The position numbers and the translations under genes are program-made. The notes under the pieces were generated by a model. The model ran no database searches, was not told the DNA's origin, and saw nothing but the letters and a program-made list of their open reading frames with translations. 18,003 bases of DNA from a virus (taxonomy: Duplodnaviria; Heunggongvirae; Uroviricota; Caudoviricetes): IMG/VR virus record IMGVR_UViG_3300021279_000020. The stretch is one strand, 5' to 3'. This document shows, piece by piece, positions 14,370 to 18,003 of this stretch (its first letter is position 1; each line of letters begins with the position of its first letter).

Positions 14370-14554
14370 CTTCTGCATTTGCACTGGTAATGACTGTTTT
14401 TCTTATAACGGGTGAGCCACAGAATGTGATTACCGGAATTTATGCCAGTAAAGAATCATGCCTCCGTACAAGAGACGAGCAAAAAATTTCTGGCGAATGC
14501 CTCCCGTTAAAAAAAGTATCGCTGTACCTGAATAACGAAATACCGGCTGGATAA
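14366..14554 (+). CDS. Hypothetical small protein, 62 aa, with hydrophobic N-terminus (signal-peptide or TM-like); GTG start overlapping the upstream stop (GTGA)
   Basis: Track ORF. GGGGGG lies 5 nt upstream of GTG 14366. N-terminus TSAFALVMTVFLITG. Confidence 0.5.
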   Translation: MTSAFALVMTVFLITGEPQNVITGIYASKESCLRTRDEQKISGECLPLKKVSLYLNNEIPAG

Positions 14555-14646
14555 TCCACCAGCCATATTAACGCCATACCCGTTGATTAAGCATGCCAGC
14601 AATGGCAGGGGTTCGTACAACCTTAAAATAGTTATGAGGTTTATCC

Positions 14647-16311
14647 ATGAGCACTGATAAAGAAGAATTTTCGCTATATTGCGAAGCAAAAAATGACAAG
14701 GTCAGAAAACGCCTTGGGATTAAAGGGGGTTTTTACTGGACTACAGCAAAAAAATTATCTGTTGCCATCTCACGGTGCGTTGTTGCAATGGACGAGGCAG
14801 GCTACGACGCTGATGATTTCAAAAAACCTGTCCGCGTCCATTTCCCCGTTGTGAATGACCTTCCACCGGAAGGCGTGTTTGATACCGAATTCTGCAACCG
14901 CTATGAAAAAGGCGGGGAAGATGGCATCACAATGATATTTATAGCGCCTTCCCCCTCAGTTCAGGACAAACCAGCCAGCACTGACAATACCAACGTCAAT
15001 GGCGAAGACATGGCTGAGATTGAGGATAATATGCTCCTGCCGATTTCCGGTCAGGAACTGCCCATTCGCTGGCTTGCGCAACATGGCAGCGAAAAACCGG
15101 TAACGCACGTTTCACGGGAAGAACTTCAGGCATTACATATCGCACGAGCTGAAGAACTACCGGCTGTTACTGGCCTGGCTATTTCCCACAACACAAAGCT
15201 GCTCGACCCGCTGGAGATTCGCGACCTTCACAAACTGGTACGCGACACAGACAAAGTTTTCCCTAATCCCGTTAATTCCAGTCTGGGGTTAATGACTGCT
15301 TTTTTCGAAGCATACCTGAACGCTGACTATACCGATCGAGGTCTGCTGACAAAAGAGTGGATGAAAGGAAATCGTGTTTCTCGCATCACCCGCACGGCTT
15401 CCGGTGCAAATGCCGGTGGCGGAAATAAAACGGATCGTAATCCTGATTTAGTACACACCCTCGATACTCTGGATGTGGAGATTGCAGCAGCCACACTTCC
15501 GATGGATTTTAATATTTATGAAATTCCCGTGAGCGTTTATCGTCGCGCAAAAGAAATCGTCCTGAAAAAAGAAAGTCCGTTCAGGGAATGGTCCCCAGCA
15601 CTTCGCGCAACCCCTGGTATCCTGGACTATTCCCGCGCAGCTATTTTTGCACTTATCCGGAGCGCCCACCCTGAGTTTTATCACTACCCGGGACGTCTTC
15701 AGGGGTATATCAATGCCAACCTGACAGAGACCGATCACGAGAATCCCACAGCTGAAACGCTCATGGCTGCCCGGCATACACCGGAAAAAGATATCCTGGA
15801 AGAAATTAACCGCGAGCTGGCTGCTGAGTGCAAAACAGAAGAAGAAAAAAATGATGAAGAAAACCCGCAACCATCTGGCGCAATGGCAGATGAACAGGCA
15901 ACGGCTGAAACAATGGCAGCGGATACAGTTGAACATCATCAGGACCCGCAGCCGCTGGATGACAAGTCACAGGTAAAAGTTACCGCTGAAGAAGTAAATA
16001 AAATTATGGAGGCAGCAGACATCAGTCGACCAGATGCAGACAAATTGCTTGCCGCTTCCCGTGGTGAGTTCGTTGAAGGCATCAGTGACCCTGCCGATCC
16101 GAAGTGGGTTAAGGGGATCCAGAGTCGCGACGCCGAGGACCAGAACCAGCAAGAAACAGAACAGAACGGTCAGAAAGCGGAACAAAACAGCCCAAATGCG
16201 TTACAAAACGAGCCAGAAACGAAACAACCTGAACCAGTCGTGCAACATACCAGGAGACATTCAACGAAGAAAGCCAGGATGAAGCCCGGGAGAAAGATCC
16301 AGAGGAAATGA
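14647..16311 (+). CDS. RecE (exodeoxyribonuclease VIII) N-terminal-region-like protein, 554 aa, with a long acidic low-complexity C-terminal tail; no recognisable nuclease domain
   Basis: Track ORF with SD GAGGT 8 nt upstream. The segment NTNVNGEDM..EIE.NMLLPISGQELPIRWLAQHGSEKPVTHVSR...NADYTDRGLLTKEWMKGNRVS matches my recollection of the non-catalytic N-terminal part of RecE. Unverified. Confidence 0.65.
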   Translation: MSTDKEEFSLYCEAKNDKVRKRLGIKGGFYWTTAKKLSVAISRCVVAMDEAGYDADDFKKPVRVHFPVVNDLPPEGVFDTEFCNRYEKGGEDGITMIFIAPSPSVQDKPASTDNTNVNGEDMAEIEDNMLLPISGQELPIRWLAQHGSEKPVTHVSREELQALHIARAEELPAVTGLAISHNTKLLDPLEIRDLHKLVRDTDKVFPNPVNSSLGLMTAFFEAYLNADYTDRGLLTKEWMKGNRVSRITRTASGANAGGGNKTDRNPDLVHTLDTLDVEIAAATLPMDFNIYEIPVSVYRRAKEIVLKKESPFREWSPALRATPGILDYSRAAIFALIRSAHPEFYHYPGRLQGYINANLTETDHENPTAETLMAARHTPEKDILEEINRELAAECKTEEEKNDEENPQPSGAMADEQATAETMAADTVEHHQDPQPLDDKSQVKVTAEEVNKIMEAADISRPDADKLLAASRGEFVEGISDPADPKWVKGIQSRDAEDQNQQETEQNGQKAEQNSPNALQNEPETKQPEPVVQHTRRHSTKKARMKPGRKIQRK

Positions 16312-17000
16312 AAAGTGCCGTATACCCGAACAAGGAGTGCACCGAAGGCGATCAACATGCCAATGGCAATAATGAAACAGGCGAGACAGCAAATCCCTTA
16401 ATTAAGGTGAGCGGTCATCATGAAAGCACATCCACCAGCAGGTTGTGGCACCATCTGATGATTGACCTTGAAACAATGGGCAAAAATCCTGATGCGCCAA
16501 TAGCCTCAATAGGCGCTGTATTTTTCGATCCACAAACCGGAGAGCAGGGGCCTGAATTCAGCAAAATAATTGATATGGGTACATGTGGCGGCACTGTAGA
16601 CATAAGCACCATCGAATGGTGGCTTCAACGCTCTGGCGAAGCCCGTGCCGCCATTTTAGCTGATCGAATACCGCTTGATGATGCGCTTTTACAATTACGG
16701 GAATTTATAGACGAAAACTCCGGTGAGTTTTTTGTTCAGGTCTGGGGAAATGGAGCCAACTTCGACAACGTGATTTTACGCCGTTCATATGAACGGCAGG
16801 AGATCCCCTGCCCGTGGCGTTACACCAATGATCGCGATGTAAGAACGATGGTCGCTCTGGGGTTGGTGATGGATTTCGATGCCCGCAACGTCACCACATT
16901 TGAGGGTGAACGCCATAATGCCCTGCACGATGCGCGTTACCAGGCAAAATACGTTTCAGTTATCTGGCAAAAACTGTTCCCGAATCAGGCTGATTTTTAA
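16308..17000 (+). CDS. DEDDh-family 3'-5' exonuclease (DnaQ-like), 230 aa; ATG overlapping the upstream stop (ATGA)
   Basis: Track ORF. Exo I motif MIDLETMG, Exo II WGNGANFD and Exo III HNALHDARY. Alternative start at Met51 (16458). Confidence 0.85.
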   Translation: MKSAVYPNKECTEGDQHANGNNETGETANPLIKVSGHHESTSTSRLWHHLMIDLETMGKNPDAPIASIGAVFFDPQTGEQGPEFSKIIDMGTCGGTVDISTIEWWLQRSGEARAAILADRIPLDDALLQLREFIDENSGEFFVQVWGNGANFDNVILRRSYERQEIPCPWRYTNDRDVRTMVALGLVMDFDARNVTTFEGERHNALHDARYQAKYVSVIWQKLFPNQADF

Positions 17001-17070
17001 TGTTCAACCGTCGCCGGTTGTGACTGGTATTCTGCAACCGGCGCTCATCTGATGTAAGAGATAAAAAGCG

Positions 17071-17322
17071 ATGAGTGAAGTAATCATGATTGTCTCTCCC
17101 GGCAAATGGGTATCTGAAGAGCAGTTAATTGCGCTGAAAGGAATAAAAAAAGGAACACTGAAAAAAGCCAGGGAAAAATCATTTATGGAAGGGAGAGAGT
17201 ATAAACATGTCGCTCATGACGGCATGCCGTGGGATAACAGCCCATGTTTTTACAATCTGGAAGAAATTGATCGCTGGATCGAGCGTCAGGCATCGGCAAG
17301 GCCAAGACGTCACCTTGCTTAA
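17071..17322 (+). CDS. Excisionase-like small DNA-binding protein (Xis/DUF1233-like), 83 aa
   Basis: Track ORF immediately upstream of the integrase; small basic protein with EGREY and W motifs. Alternative start ATG 17086. Confidence 0.55.
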   Translation: MSEVIMIVSPGKWVSEEQLIALKGIKKGTLKKAREKSFMEGREYKHVAHDGMPWDNSPCFYNLEEIDRWIERQASARPRRHLA

Positions 17323-17356
17323 TCCAAAACAACACTAATCAACGAGAGAAGCTGGC

Positions 17357-17893
17357 ATGAAATATCCGACAGGCGTAGAAAAACACGGGGGGACATTACG
17401 CATCTGGTTTGTTTATAAAGGCGTAAGAGTCAGGGAAAACCTCGGTGTCCCTGACACAGTAAAAAACAGACGCATCGCTGGTGAACTACGCGCTTCTGTT
17501 TGTTACGCAATAAAAACGGGGATTTTTGACTACGCAAAACAGTTCCCCTACTCCCACAATCTGGAAAAATTTGGGGAAGCCAGACAAAATTTGACGATAG
17601 GTGAACTGGCCGAAAAATTTCTGGCACTAAAAGAGGCCGAAGTTGCCAGAAGTTCACTCAATACATACCGTGCCGTCATCAAAAATATCCTGAGCATAAT
17701 CGGTGAAAAAAATCTTGCCTCATCGATTAATAAAGAAAAATTACTGGAGGTTCGTAAAGAGTTACTGACTGGATACCAGATCCCCAAAAGTAACTATATT
17801 GTTACACAACCCGGGAGATCGGCTGTTACCGTAAATAATTACATGACAAATCTTAACGCCGTGTTCCAGTTTGGTGGTAAGCGTACAGCCTGA
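17357..17893 (+). pseudogene. Tyrosine integrase N-terminal fragment (arm-binding plus core-binding regions only, 178 aa); the reading frame ends and the catalytic domain is missing
   Basis: Track ORF with N-terminus MKYPTGVEKHGGTLRIWFVYKG typical of integrase arm-binding domains. All three forward frames hit stops within about 30 nt after 17893. Confidence 0.65.
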
Positions 17894-18003
17894 ACCGTCT
17901 GGTCAGAATCTGACGAATTAGACAAAGTGGTGTCCACCAAATAAGTAGTGGGAACCAAAGTGTCAGATATGCAGAAAAATGTGACTCCCGGCAGGCGAAA
18001 AGG

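Noticed and set aside
15448-16358. Minus-strand ORFs (163, 72, 77 and 62 aa) inside the RecE-like gene
   Set aside because: Cys/Phe-rich antisense translations of the acidic low-complexity part of the plus-strand gene; classic shadow ORFs.
1-18003. CRISPR array or other long tandem or inverted repeat structures
   Set aside because: No regularly spaced direct repeats with unique spacers were seen. The only repeat arrays are the ori iterons and the short operator-like 8-mers.

Overview
The window reads as the regulatory and early half of a lambdoid (Stx-phage-like) enterobacterial prophage, inverted relative to the usual lambda map. All calls are by eye from the ORF track and sequence; no searches were run. 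From right to left on the minus strand: Cro-like, CII-position protein, O with ori iterons, P, a nin-like block of mostly unknown translationally coupled ORFs, a hok/mok toxin, a DUF968 protein, RusA, a Q-position protein, an orphan DNA methyltransferase, three phage tRNAs, a TerB-domain protein plus a small 2-TM peptide, and a partial NanS-p esterase. On the plus strand: a CI-like repressor without a peptidase domain, small early ORFs, a RecE-N-terminal-like protein, a DEDDh 3'-5' exonuclease, an Xis-like protein and an integrase that stops after about 178 aa. No stx, CRISPR or recognisable N gene was seen. The best candidates for something undescribed are the TerB-plus-membrane-peptide pair sitting in the slot where stxAB normally lies, and the coupled unknown ORFs at 7131-9418.
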